From contig JBHIAH010000001.1 in the NCBI GenBank assembly GCA_046758505.1, forward strand, positions 1 to 64,000: a DNA stretch of 64,000 nucleotides, given 5' to 3'. A model generated the notes under the pieces. It worked only from the letters and a program-made list of their open reading frames with translations, was not told the DNA's origin and did not search any database. Numbering within the stretch: the first letter of the stretch is position 1; each line of letters starts with the position of its first letter. Made by a program: the position numbers and the translations under genes. The stretch comes from Candidatus Methylomirabilales bacterium. GTDB taxonomy: Bacteria; Methylomirabilota; Methylomirabilia; Methylomirabilales; CSP1-5. This document shows positions 48,693-57,868 of the stretch, in pieces.

Positions 48693-49037
48693 TCACTTGG
48701 TCATACCATGCAAGACGATGATCTTCTCGGCAACATCCCCCTGCTCGCCGCGGCTCCATTCGATGCGTACACGGTCCCCAATCTTGATTTCCGAGAGACC
48801 GATCACCCGTCCATCCGCCTTCAGGACGGCGTCGGGCGACACCCTGGCTCCCACCGTCATGCTGTCACTTCCCCTGGGGATCTCGACCACGATCGTCCGG
48901 CTCGATGCCGTGACGGCGGCCACTGTTCCGGTATCCCCCCACTGCGCAGCCCCGGCCCAGGCCGCCCCCCCGATGAAGACCAGGCTTGCCATCATCGTAG
49001 CGAGACCCGTGCGACAACTCCTCCGTACCACTGCCAT
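48693..49037 (-). CDS. Small secreted OB-fold-like protein
   Basis: Signal peptide ending AWA; GTVAAV...LSEIKIGDRVRI pattern; RBS GAGGGG. Confidence 0.75.
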   Translation of the reverse strand: MAVVRRSCRTGLATMMASLVFIGGAAWAGAAQWGDTGTVAAVTASSRTIVVEIPRGSDSMTVGARVSPDAVLKADGRVIGLSEIKIGDRVRIEWSRGEQGDVAEKIIVLHGMTK

Positions 49038-49313
49038 CACCCCCTCATTGCCTTTCCCACATTTCCCTCGACGCACGCGGGAGCCTGCCACCGCGACCCC
49101 CAAAATAGAAACTGTGTCAGGCTCCTCTCGTTGTCAATAGCTCTGAACCACACAAGTCTCTCTGACCTGCAGTGTCCTCATACTCGTCGGGTGATGCGTA
49201 TGGAGGGTTGCCGGTCACCAGGGGGGAGGGTGCACGATTCCAGGTCACCGATGCGGCTTCGACCGACACCTCGAATTGCAGGCAGGATCGCGACAGGGAC
49301 TGGACCAGTTCGA

Positions 49314-49357
49314 AATCAGATAGTTACGCCCGGAGGACACCTGGCACGCTGATTGCT
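49314..49357 (+). promoter_or_regulatory. IHF-like site plus sigma-54 promoter
   Basis: AATCAGATAGTTA (WATCAR-N4-TTR) at 49314-49326; TGGCACGCTGATTGCT at 49342-49357. Confidence 0.75.
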
Positions 49358-49367
49358 ACGGTTAATA

Positions 49368-49456
49368 ATCGAAGGGGATCTCGATAGCCTCTCTCCTTCA
49401 AGATAGGGCCTCGGGGGCGGGCCTCTGACCCAAAGGGGAGCCCCCATTTTCTTTTT
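49368..49456 (+). ncRNA. Candidate sigma-54-dependent small RNA
   Basis: 5' hairpin GAAGGGGA/TCTCCTTC, 3' GGGGGC/GCCCCC stem with T-tract, no ORF. Confidence 0.55.
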
Positions 49457-49694
49457 GTCTCACCCGCCGACTTTCCCCCCCCTCCTGAATAAAAAAGGAA
49501 ACAGACTACTTTAATCTACAACATCATCTTGAGAGTAAAAGTCATATTCATACCTTATTCACCATGCATGCGTCGGGAAAGCACGAATAGCCCACGTAAC
49601 ATGAATGCCTGCTCACCCGTGCCAAGCCTTGGTGCAACCCCCAGGAACCTCTCCCTTGTTTCTGCCTAGCAAAGTCCCAGAAAGCCTCCTCCCC

Positions 49695-50029
49695 GAAAAA
49701 AAGAAAGCCCCGATGAAGCCTGCGGTCGGTGCCGAAGCTGCCGGACCGCCCCGCCGGTGAAAGCGGGACCATCGGGGCCGGTGGTGCCTGGGCCTTCCCA
49801 GGCAGCCACCCTGAGTTGTTACGGGTGCGCTGGCCTAGGAGGCCACCACCTCACAGATCACCATACATATTTCCACGACTGGATCACCTCCTCTCTCGGC
49901 GCACCCCACATCACGGGCCCAGTTCCCGTCAGCCCGAAACCGACCGCCGAAGTCGGCCTCGGACCTGGTCCGCCCTTGCCTGCCCCATTACAGGCGAGAA
50001 CGCGAAGGGGCCTGTGTCCACCCCAACCG
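49695..50029 (-). ncRNA. Candidate highly structured RNA containing a micro-ORF
   Basis: Bounded by a sigma-70 promoter and a GCCCCGATG/CATCGGGGC stem with T-tract; several internal hairpins. Confidence 0.6.
49835..49876 (-). CDS. 13-aa micro-ORF MEICMVICEVVAS
   Basis: Preceded by AGGAGGTGATCC at appropriate spacing; GTG start, TAG stop. Confidence 0.5.
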   Translation of the reverse strand: MEICMVICEVVAS

Positions 50030-50035
50030 CGCCGC

Positions 50036-50064
50036 ATCATAGTGCACTTGATCCAACCTGTCCA
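50036..50064 (-). promoter_or_regulatory. Sigma-70 promoter
   Basis: TGGACA-N17-TATGAT. Confidence 0.65.
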
Positions 50065-50412
50065 GCATTTCTTGCATCCCCACCCCAAATTTTTTTCCTT
50101 CCGACCACGTCCCTGACCTAGCGGATCGTGCACCTCTCCACTGGCTCCCCGAACTCTCGCCCCCGTCCGCACCGAAAGGTACATCGCACGCCTGACCCCC
50201 CGGCTTCATGGCGAGTCGCTGATGCGTCTTGGAATGAATCCCGAGCGCTTTATGGTAAGATGACGAACGAAGCATACGATATGGACGGCCTCCAAATTTG
50301 TTTCCGAAAATTACCCACGCGCTCCGGGACGAACCTGGGTTAGCTCTGGTGTGAAAGATGCACGACCGTTCAGGATCGCCGTCCATTACGCAATTCAAGA
50401 GGATCGGAGCGG

Positions 50413-51432
50413 ATGGACGTCACAACGGATACGGTGGCGCGTCAGGAAGTTGTCACGGCGCTCTGCCGCCTGGGTCTCCTGGACTCGGGCGAGACGCCGC
50501 CCATGACCGCGCTCCGGGGCGGCGTGTCGTCGGACATCTGGCGTGTGGAACTCCCCCGAGGCCCCGTGTGCGTCAAGCGCGCGCTGCCGCGGCTCAAGGT
50601 CGAGGCGGTGTGGGAGGCGCCGGTAGAGCGTAACGCCTCGGAGTGCGCCTGGATCGAAACAGTCGCCGCGCTCTATCCGGATGCGGTCCCCCAGGTCATC
50701 GCCCACGACGCGGAGGCTGGCTTGTTCGTCATGAGCTATCTCGACCCCGTCGATTATCCGCTGTGGAAACGACGGCTCAGCGAGGGGGATGCCGATACGA
50801 CGTTCGCCCGCCGCGTGGGCGCGACCCTGGCCGGCATCCACCGCGCCACGGCGGGCGATACCGGCCTGGCGGCGCGTTTTTCGACCGACGAGTTCTTTTA
50901 CGCCCTCCGGCTCGAGCCCTACCTTGTCGCCACCGGCCGGCGCCATCCGGATCTTTCGGCGGACCTCCAGACCCTGGTTACCGCCACGGCCGGGGTGAAA
51001 CGTGCCCTGGTGCACGGAGACATCAGCCCCAAGAACATCCTGATCGGGCCCCGCGGGCCGGTGTTTCTCGACGCAGAATGCGCCTGGTACGGCGACCCCG
51101 CCTTCGACCTCGCCTTCTGCCTCAACCACTTTCTTTTGAAATGCCTGTGGACGCCCCACGCCGCACAGCGTTTCCTGGCGTGTTTTACCGCTATGGCCGA
51201 AGTCTATCTTTCCGCCGCCGACTGGGAGCCAACGGCCGAACTCGAGGCGCGAGTCGCCCGGCTCCTCCCCGCCCTCTTCCTCGCCCGCGTTGACGGCAAG
51301 TCGCCGGTCGAGTACCTCACCGGCGAGTGCGACAAGGATCGGGTCCGCCGCGTGGCGCGGCCCCTGATTGCGGCGGCGCCCGGACGGCTTGAATCGGTGC
51401 GTGCCGCCTGGGCGAAGGAAATCGGGCCGTGA
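50413..51432 (+). CDS. APH/methylthioribose-kinase-like phosphotransferase
   Basis: GGVSSD, CVKRA, LVHGDISPKNIL, LDAECA.YGDPAFD. Confidence 0.9.
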   Translation: MDVTTDTVARQEVVTALCRLGLLDSGETPPMTALRGGVSSDIWRVELPRGPVCVKRALPRLKVEAVWEAPVERNASECAWIETVAALYPDAVPQVIAHDAEAGLFVMSYLDPVDYPLWKRRLSEGDADTTFARRVGATLAGIHRATAGDTGLAARFSTDEFFYALRLEPYLVATGRRHPDLSADLQTLVTATAGVKRALVHGDISPKNILIGPRGPVFLDAECAWYGDPAFDLAFCLNHFLLKCLWTPHAAQRFLACFTAMAEVYLSAADWEPTAELEARVARLLPALFLARVDGKSPVEYLTGECDKDRVRRVARPLIAAAPGRLESVRAAWAKEIGP

Positions 51433-52721
51433 CGCAGACCGAGATCGTCGCCCTGACTGGCCGTCGGGTCTGGGATTCGCGGGGCCGACCAACGGTCGAA
51501 GCCGAGGTGCGGCTCGCCGGTGGTGCGACGGGCCGCGCGATTGCCCCTGCCGGTGCATCGACCGGGTCGGGTGAGGCGGTGGACCTGCGGGATGGCGGTC
51601 CGCGCCTCGGCGGCACCGACGTCCGCCGCGCGGTCTCTCACGTGAGCGGCGAGATCGCGACTGCACTCACAGGCCTGGATGCCGCCGACCAGGCGGGCAT
51701 TGACCGCGCCCTTATCGATCTCGACGGCACGCCGAACAAGGGCCGGCTTGGGGGCAACGCCCTCGTCGCCACGTCCATGGCGGTCGCCAACGGCGCGGCG
51801 GCGGCGGCAGGCCAGCCGCTCTGGCGGTACCTCGTGGGCGAGCGTAAGGCGGTCCTGCCCCTCCCGGAAATCCAGATCTTCGGCGGCGGGGCCCATGCCG
51901 GCCGGTCCATGGACATCCAGGACTTCATGGTCGTCGCTCCAGGCGCCGGCAGCTTCGACGAGGCGCTCGCGTGGACCGCCGAGGTCTATCACACGGCGGG
52001 GGCACTCATGGCCGAGGCTGGCCGCTTTTACGGAGTCGCCGACGAGGGCGGCTTTTGGCCCGCCTTTTCCACGAACGGGGAGCCGCTCGAGATGCTCGTC
52101 CGTGCCATCGAGGGCGCCGGCTTTACGCCTGGCGAGGAGGTTGCAATTTCCCTCGACGTTGCCGCCTCAGAGCTCGGCAAGGGCCGACGCTACCGGCTCG
52201 GCCTCGAGAGCCGCGAGCTCGACAGTGACGGCCTCGCGGAGCTCCTCATCGGCTGGCTCCACCGGTATCCCATCGTGTCGATCGAAGACCCGCTGGCCGA
52301 GGACGACGAAGAGGGCTGGGTGCACTTCACCCGGGCGGTCGGCGACCGCGTCCAGATCGTCGGCGACGACCTGCTGGTCACCAGTGCCGGCCGCGTGCGC
52401 CGGGCGGCAGAGCGAGGCGCGGGCAATGCGGCCTTACTCAAGCCCAACCAGGCTGGGACCTTGACCGAGACCCGGATGGCCCACGCCGCGGCCTGCGAGG
52501 CCGGGTGGGGCACCATCCTCTCGGCCCGCTCGGGCGAGAGCGAGGACGTTACCATCGTGCACCTCGCCGTGGGCTGGGGCGTCCGCCAGCTCAAGGTGGG
52601 GGCATTTGCCCGCTCCGAGCGTATGGCCAAGTGGAACGAAGCCCTCCGCATCGAGGAGGCGCTGGGCCCCGCAGCCCGCTTCGCCGGCGGCGACGTCTTT
52701 CGCAGTACGGGTCGAGGCTGA
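51429..52721 (+). CDS. Enolase family protein, divergent paralog
   Basis: DSRGRPTVE, GASTG, DEGG, DVAASE, EDP, GDDL, KPNQ; SARSGE instead of SHRSGE. Confidence 0.9.
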   Translation: MTQTEIVALTGRRVWDSRGRPTVEAEVRLAGGATGRAIAPAGASTGSGEAVDLRDGGPRLGGTDVRRAVSHVSGEIATALTGLDAADQAGIDRALIDLDGTPNKGRLGGNALVATSMAVANGAAAAAGQPLWRYLVGERKAVLPLPEIQIFGGGAHAGRSMDIQDFMVVAPGAGSFDEALAWTAEVYHTAGALMAEAGRFYGVADEGGFWPAFSTNGEPLEMLVRAIEGAGFTPGEEVAISLDVAASELGKGRRYRLGLESRELDSDGLAELLIGWLHRYPIVSIEDPLAEDDEEGWVHFTRAVGDRVQIVGDDLLVTSAGRVRRAAERGAGNAALLKPNQAGTLTETRMAHAAACEAGWGTILSARSGESEDVTIVHLAVGWGVRQLKVGAFARSERMAKWNEALRIEEALGPAARFAGGDVFRSTGRG

Positions 52722-52814
52722 AGAACGGCACCCCTATCCGACCCGCGCCACGGCAGGGCCCGAATCAGGGAGAACGGAGGTGGGCACGGGACGAGGGGAG
52801 CAGAAAGAGAAACG

Positions 52815-53243
52815 ATGAGTGAGTCGAGATTCTATCCGGCATCCGCACATCGCATGGGGGAGCTGGCCGAGCATCTCCGGGAGAAGTACGCGCTGGCCGG
52901 CTACGAAGTACAGGTCCTCCACGTCACGGAACGCGACAGAGGCCTGATCTTTCAGATGAGGCAGAAGTACAATGCGGACTGGAAAAAGGCTGCATCGCAA
53001 CTGACCGGCCTGGATACCGCCGCGACCGTCACGATAAGGAGCGATGGGGAGGGTCTCAGTGTCGAGGTGGGAGGCGGAAAGTGGCTGGACAAGGCCGCCG
53101 TGGCCGGATTTGCAACCTTCGTGACCCTCGGGGTGTTGATTATCCCGGCGGGCATCGGTGCCTGGAAACAGCGCCGGCTCCTGAGCGATCTTGTGGTCGA
53201 GATCGACAACTTTATCAAGCGAAAGACACAGACGGAAGGGTGA
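52815..53243 (+). CDS. Hypothetical membrane protein
   Basis: 142-aa ORF with a C-terminal Gly-rich hydrophobic hairpin. Confidence 0.7.
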   Translation: MSESRFYPASAHRMGELAEHLREKYALAGYEVQVLHVTERDRGLIFQMRQKYNADWKKAASQLTGLDTAATVTIRSDGEGLSVEVGGGKWLDKAAVAGFATFVTLGVLIIPAGIGAWKQRRLLSDLVVEIDNFIKRKTQTEG

Positions 53244-53332
53244 TCCGTGCCCGCACCCGCAGCTCCTGCGCGCCCGCCCCGGTTGGTCCACGCAGGGCTC
53301 TCGCGTCGCCCGGATCGATGGCGGGCCGCACC

Positions 53333-53836
53333 TCACTCGCCCAGTTCGCGGTCCAGGATCTCGTGCAGGAACCGATCAATAGAGACGGGATAAAACTTCA
53401 CGTCTGGTGAGAGGATCAGGCCGGTGTCCAGGATCTCGCCCCGCGCCAATTCGTCGAGGATTCGCTCGATGCGGGCCTCGGGGTCCCCCTCGGCGGGGCG
53501 GATGGTGAGTTCCTCGCTCTCGAGGACCGCGTGCCGGCGGGCGGCATAGCGAAAGGCGAAGAGACGCCCGACGAGCGTCCGATCCATGATCTCGGACTCG
53601 CCGAACACTTCGCCGTAGGTCTGGCCGCCGCTCTCCGGTCGGATCACCAGGCGGGGGGAAACCCGGATCTTCCCCCGGACCTCGACGGCCCGGCGTTCCA
53701 TTTCGACGTCCGGCCCCACCAGGATGTACGGGAGCACGTGATAGCCGACCACGATGTTGCTAATGGGCCTCCGCAGGACCCGTGTCTGCTCGAAGATGCC
53801 GCGGAGGAACATCGGGTCATATCGGCGATCGAACAT
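53333..53836 (-). CDS. Hypothetical protein
   Basis: Protein-like 167-aa ORF (MFDRRYDPMF...) with high GC3 codon bias. Confidence 0.7.
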   Translation of the reverse strand: MFDRRYDPMFLRGIFEQTRVLRRPISNIVVGYHVLPYILVGPDVEMERRAVEVRGKIRVSPRLVIRPESGGQTYGEVFGESEIMDRTLVGRLFAFRYAARRHAVLESEELTIRPAEGDPEARIERILDELARGEILDTGLILSPDVKFYPVSIDRFLHEILDRELGE

Positions 53837-54243
53837 AGGAATCCCCGATCCAAGGCCGGGAGCCCACAGCTTACGGGCCCCGAGCGGGATGTTTCTCCGG
53901 CGCAGCATGGAAACCTGCACCCTTGTGGTGACCAACTGCTCGAGCAGAGAGCAATTCCAACCCATTATCCACATCTTGTAGAAGCACGTCAAGGCGGACG
54001 GGGGTCCGAATGACTTTGCCTGCCGCCAAGCCACCCACACCTGAAGCCATCGCCCCACCGGACTATATACCCCCGTTGGCAAGATACCACGCGAGGGTGC
54101 ACACTCCGCCCATCCGGGATCATTGATCAGACGGAGGAATCGAGGGTGGGCACCCTTTCGAGCGGTCCAATTTAGGCCCAAGAATTGCAAAGTTTGCCAC
54201 TGGTATGGAGATCTTTCCTTTTAGATAGGCAGCATGCCCGAGA

Positions 54244-54501
54244 ATGGACCGGTTTACGTCCAACGAAGAGTTCTTTTCGCTCGTCGGCCAAGTCGCTGAT
54301 CGCTTGCGAGCCGAAGGCCTCACAGCGGAAGCAAACTCTCTTCACCGAATCCTTCACGAAACAGCACGGACGACCTCCTCCGAACTGTTCGGTGAGCTCG
54401 GCCTTGCCATTCTTGGTGCCCAACGGAGGGCCGGAGCCTCGGTCTCGCCACAATCAGCCAAAGACATCGAGCAATGCGTTGTCGTATTCCGAGAGGTATA
54501 G
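54244..54501 (+). CDS. Small helical hypothetical protein
   Basis: 85 aa; TTSSELFGELG motif. Confidence 0.55.
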   Translation: MDRFTSNEEFFSLVGQVADRLRAEGLTAEANSLHRILHETARTTSSELFGELGLAILGAQRRAGASVSPQSAKDIEQCVVVFREV

Positions 54502-54518
54502 CCCACACTCGAAGGGTG

Positions 54519-54995
54519 ATGGGGATGCAACGGAGGGTGCCGAGCCTGTCGCTTGTCGCATTGGTCGGAGCGCTCCTGGTGGCCTCTAATCCGACGGGGC
54601 CACCGAAGCTTTCTCCCTACACGAGGTCCGTGTTTCAGCCCGGCCAGGTCTGGACCTATAAGACCCGGCCCGGTGAAGAGGGGTCTCGGATCATCATCGG
54701 GCGGGTCGAGTCCGCACCAATCATCGGAACGATCGTCCACATCAAGGTTGTCGGGGTAGCGGTCAAGAACCCACGATCCCCAAAGGGTGTGAGCACCGAA
54801 ATCTCCCACATTCCCATGACGGAGGAGGCACTGGCGGATTCCGTGCGAGAGCGCGTACAGGAGGAACTCAGCCTGGAGGGGTTCGAGGAGGGATATGCGG
54901 CCTGGCGAGAGTCGTGGGATCAAGGAAGGGGGGCTGCATTCTCTGACCCGGTTGCAGACGTCATCGGACTCGTCGAACAGACCTTGAACCGATAG
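54519..54995 (+). CDS. Hypothetical exported protein
   Basis: Hydrophobic N-terminus; GQVWTYKTRPGEE...FEEGY..W. Confidence 0.7.
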   Translation: MGMQRRVPSLSLVALVGALLVASNPTGPPKLSPYTRSVFQPGQVWTYKTRPGEEGSRIIIGRVESAPIIGTIVHIKVVGVAVKNPRSPKGVSTEISHIPMTEEALADSVRERVQEELSLEGFEEGYAAWRESWDQGRGAAFSDPVADVIGLVEQTLNR

Positions 54996-55028
54996 GTACC
55001 CTTCGACCGCACATGAGAGGAGGTAGCC

Positions 55029-55457
55029 ATGAAGATAAGAGGTATTACACTCGTCACTCTATGTGTATTGTTTAGTTTTGTCCTGTGCCAGGCAGCGGTG
55101 GCAGACCAGGCCGCCGAGAAGGCGGCCTTTCGCGCTGCCAATGCATGGTTAGCCTTGGTCGACAGCGGTAACTATTCGAAGAGCTGGGAGGCTGCCGCCG
55201 CGTATTTCAAGGCGGCGGTGACGAAGGAGCAGTGGCAGGCCTCCATGATGGCTGCGCGAAAGCCACTAGGAAAGGCCCACTATCGGACGCTCAAGTATAA
55301 GAAATACACCACCACTCTCGCCGGTGCGCCGGATGGGGAATACGTCGTGATTCAGTTCGCGACATCCTTCCAAAACAAGAAATCCGCCATAGAAACCATC
55401 ACACCGATGCGCGACAAGGATGGGAAATGGCGAGTCGCCGGCTACTATATAAGATGA
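55029..55457 (+). CDS. DUF4019 domain protein
   Basis: WLALVDSG.Y..SW, PDGEYVVIQF.TSF, WRVAGYYI; RBS GGAGG. Confidence 0.9.
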   Translation: MKIRGITLVTLCVLFSFVLCQAAVADQAAEKAAFRAANAWLALVDSGNYSKSWEAAAAYFKAAVTKEQWQASMMAARKPLGKAHYRTLKYKKYTTTLAGAPDGEYVVIQFATSFQNKKSAIETITPMRDKDGKWRVAGYYIR

Positions 55458-56008
55458 CCATGCATCAAAACTTAAGGATCGTATTCGCAATATGCGTCCT
55501 CGGTGCGTCTGGCTGTGCAGGTGAGCCCGGCTGGACCAAGGTGCCTCAGGGTGCCGAGATGCTCTTTTGGGAATGGCAGTCGTGGGAAACCGGTGGAGGC
55601 CGACACAGATTAACCCTGTGGAAAGATGGCCGCTCGCAGATCATGGTGGTGCCAGATGCCTACACTCGTGGCCAGCCCGAGAGGTACCAGCCCCGTCAGG
55701 GATGGAAAATGGTCGAAGGGACTGGCGGGGTATTCTTTGTCCGGGAACCGGCATTTCCAGAAGATGCCGCGAGGGACAAGTTTCTGAAGGCCTTCGAGGC
55801 AGGGATTCATCTTCTCGAGACGTTCCGACCCGATTATGTGGATGGCAGCGGGACTCTGGTAGGGATACAGATCGATGGCAAGCTCAAGGAAACCGTCATT
55901 CCCATGTTTAGTGACAAGAATAAGGGGACGCGGAACCACAAGCGATTCCTCGCCGTCTCCACTATCCTCGCTAATTTCGACGCCGCCGCCTACGATTTGT
56001 CAAAGTAG
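55454..56008 (+). CDS. Hypothetical lipoprotein
   Basis: ASGC lipobox-like; ATGA overlap with the upstream gene. Confidence 0.65.
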   Translation: MTMHQNLRIVFAICVLGASGCAGEPGWTKVPQGAEMLFWEWQSWETGGGRHRLTLWKDGRSQIMVVPDAYTRGQPERYQPRQGWKMVEGTGGVFFVREPAFPEDAARDKFLKAFEAGIHLLETFRPDYVDGSGTLVGIQIDGKLKETVIPMFSDKNKGTRNHKRFLAVSTILANFDAAAYDLSK

Positions 56009-56231
56009 GGACTTCGGGTAGCGCATTATGTCCTGGTACGGTATTCTATGGTCATGCATCCTTGAAATGAGTAATGTGAGAAGGTCGCTTTAGCTCTCCC
56101 TACTGAACGCCACCACCGAATCACCCACTCTCTACCAAGGCGCTTTGCAATATTGGGCAACGATGGTAGCCTAGTTTTCACGAGTGGGTTCCTGCCTTCC
56201 CCGGTACTAGATTGGTAGAAGAGAGAGTGAT

Positions 56232-57095
56232 ATGGCAAGCACAGCCAAAACCATGGCGGGCAAGACCTGTATGGTGACCGGGGCCAATGCCGGGATTGGG
56301 AAAGCGACTGCCCTGGGGCTGGCGCAGATGGGCGCGACTGTAGTCATGGTCTGCCGGAGCCGCGAGCGGGGCGAGGCGGCCCTGGCCGAGATCACGCGCG
56401 AGAGCGGGAACGACGCGGTCTCGTTGCTGCTCGCCGATCTCTCTTCGCTAGCCGCAATTCGCCATCTCGCCGAAGCGTTTAAGGCCAAATACCCCACCCT
56501 GCACGTCCTGATCAACAACGCAGGGATCATCCCAAGGAAACGCACCGTCACCGTGGATGGTCTCGAGACCCAGTTCGCCGTCAATCACCTTGCCTATTTC
56601 CTCCTGACGAATCTGCTCCTTGACCGGCTCAAGGCCAGCGCCCCAGCCCGGATTGTCAACGTCAGCTCCCAAGTCCACAACGGCGCTTCCATCGACTTTG
56701 GGGACCTGCAATCCGAGCAATCCTACCGCCCCACCCGTGTCTATGCGTGGACGAAGCTCGCCAATGTGCTGTTCACCTACGAACTGGCCCGCAAGCTCGA
56801 AGGAACCGGGCTGACCGCCAACTGCCTGCACCCCGGCTCTGTCGCGACCAACCTGCTGGCTGATTATCTGCCGGGTCCGCTTGGATTCATAACAAAGATC
56901 GTCGGTGTGAGCCCCGAAAAAGGCGCGCGAACGTCCCTCTACCTGGCGACTTCGGCAGAGGTGGAAGGAGTCACCGGAAAGTATTTCGTGAACCAACAAG
57001 AAGCTCAGTCCTCGAATCTGTCATATGATAAGAGTCTTGCCAGCCGACTGTGGCAGGTGAGCGCCGAGCTGACCGGATTGCCCGTATCCGCCTAG
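56232..57095 (+). CDS. SDR oxidoreductase (retinol dehydrogenase-like)
   Basis: TGANAGIG, NNAG, YAWTK, HPG. Confidence 0.95.
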   Translation: MASTAKTMAGKTCMVTGANAGIGKATALGLAQMGATVVMVCRSRERGEAALAEITRESGNDAVSLLLADLSSLAAIRHLAEAFKAKYPTLHVLINNAGIIPRKRTVTVDGLETQFAVNHLAYFLLTNLLLDRLKASAPARIVNVSSQVHNGASIDFGDLQSEQSYRPTRVYAWTKLANVLFTYELARKLEGTGLTANCLHPGSVATNLLADYLPGPLGFITKIVGVSPEKGARTSLYLATSAEVEGVTGKYFVNQQEAQSSNLSYDKSLASRLWQVSAELTGLPVSA

Positions 57096-57269
57096 CCAAA
57101 GATGTCCGTTCCTCAGATCCAAGTGCGCAAGGATGGGATGCTCTCCGCTTTAATTGATTCCTCGTGAAGGTCCTTGACACGGTCAGCAGACATAAAGGAT
57201 GATCCTCAGTGGGGCCCGGCGTGTCTGGTTCGGCCCCCGAGAGACACACCTTTTCGTGGAGGGAAAGAG

Positions 57270-57758
57270 ATGGCGAAATCGGCCAAGCCGATTCCCGATG
57301 GTTTTCGTTCGGTGACGCCGCACCTGATCGTCCGGAACGCGGGTGAGGCGATCGCGTTCTACAAGCAGGCCTTCGGAGCCCAGGACATTTCCCGCATGCC
57401 CAGCCCGGATGGAAAATTGCTACACGCCGAAATCAGGATCGGCGACTCTATCCTCATGCTCTGCGACGAGTTTCCCGCGTGGAACTGTCTGGGGCCCCAA
57501 TCGCTCGGGGGTTCCCCCGTGGGCATTCACATATACGTCCGGGATGCCGATGCTTTTTTTACACAGGCCGTGGCGGCCGGGCCTGCTGTCAAGATGCCCC
57601 TCGAGGAGGCGTTCTGGGGAGACCGGTTCGGAAAGGTCACAGATCCCTTCGGCCACGAGTGGTCCATAGCCACCCGCACGCGGGACCTCACCCCCGAGGA
57701 GATTGAGAAAGGCGCTGAAGCCTATTTTTCCTCGCCCCCGGGCGGCCAGACACAGTAA
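57270..57758 (+). CDS. VOC/PhnB-like glyoxalase family protein
   Basis: VTPHL, AIAFYKQAFGA, FWGDRFG..DPFGH.W. Confidence 0.92.
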   Translation: MAKSAKPIPDGFRSVTPHLIVRNAGEAIAFYKQAFGAQDISRMPSPDGKLLHAEIRIGDSILMLCDEFPAWNCLGPQSLGGSPVGIHIYVRDADAFFTQAVAAGPAVKMPLEEAFWGDRFGKVTDPFGHEWSIATRTRDLTPEEIEKGAEAYFSSPPGGQTQ

Positions 57759-57868
57759 TGTCCCCACCCCGCCTTCCACCCGACCGACCTCGCCGGCTCC
57801 TGAACGCCAAAGCTTGGTGGCAGACACAAGCATTCCGTGACCTCTTCTAGCAGTGAAGTGGGGATGTA

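Noticed and set aside
49879..49892. CTGGATCACCTCCT matches the 3' end of 16S rRNA
   Set aside because: The flanks lack helix 44/45 sequence; better explained as an extended SD on the minus strand.
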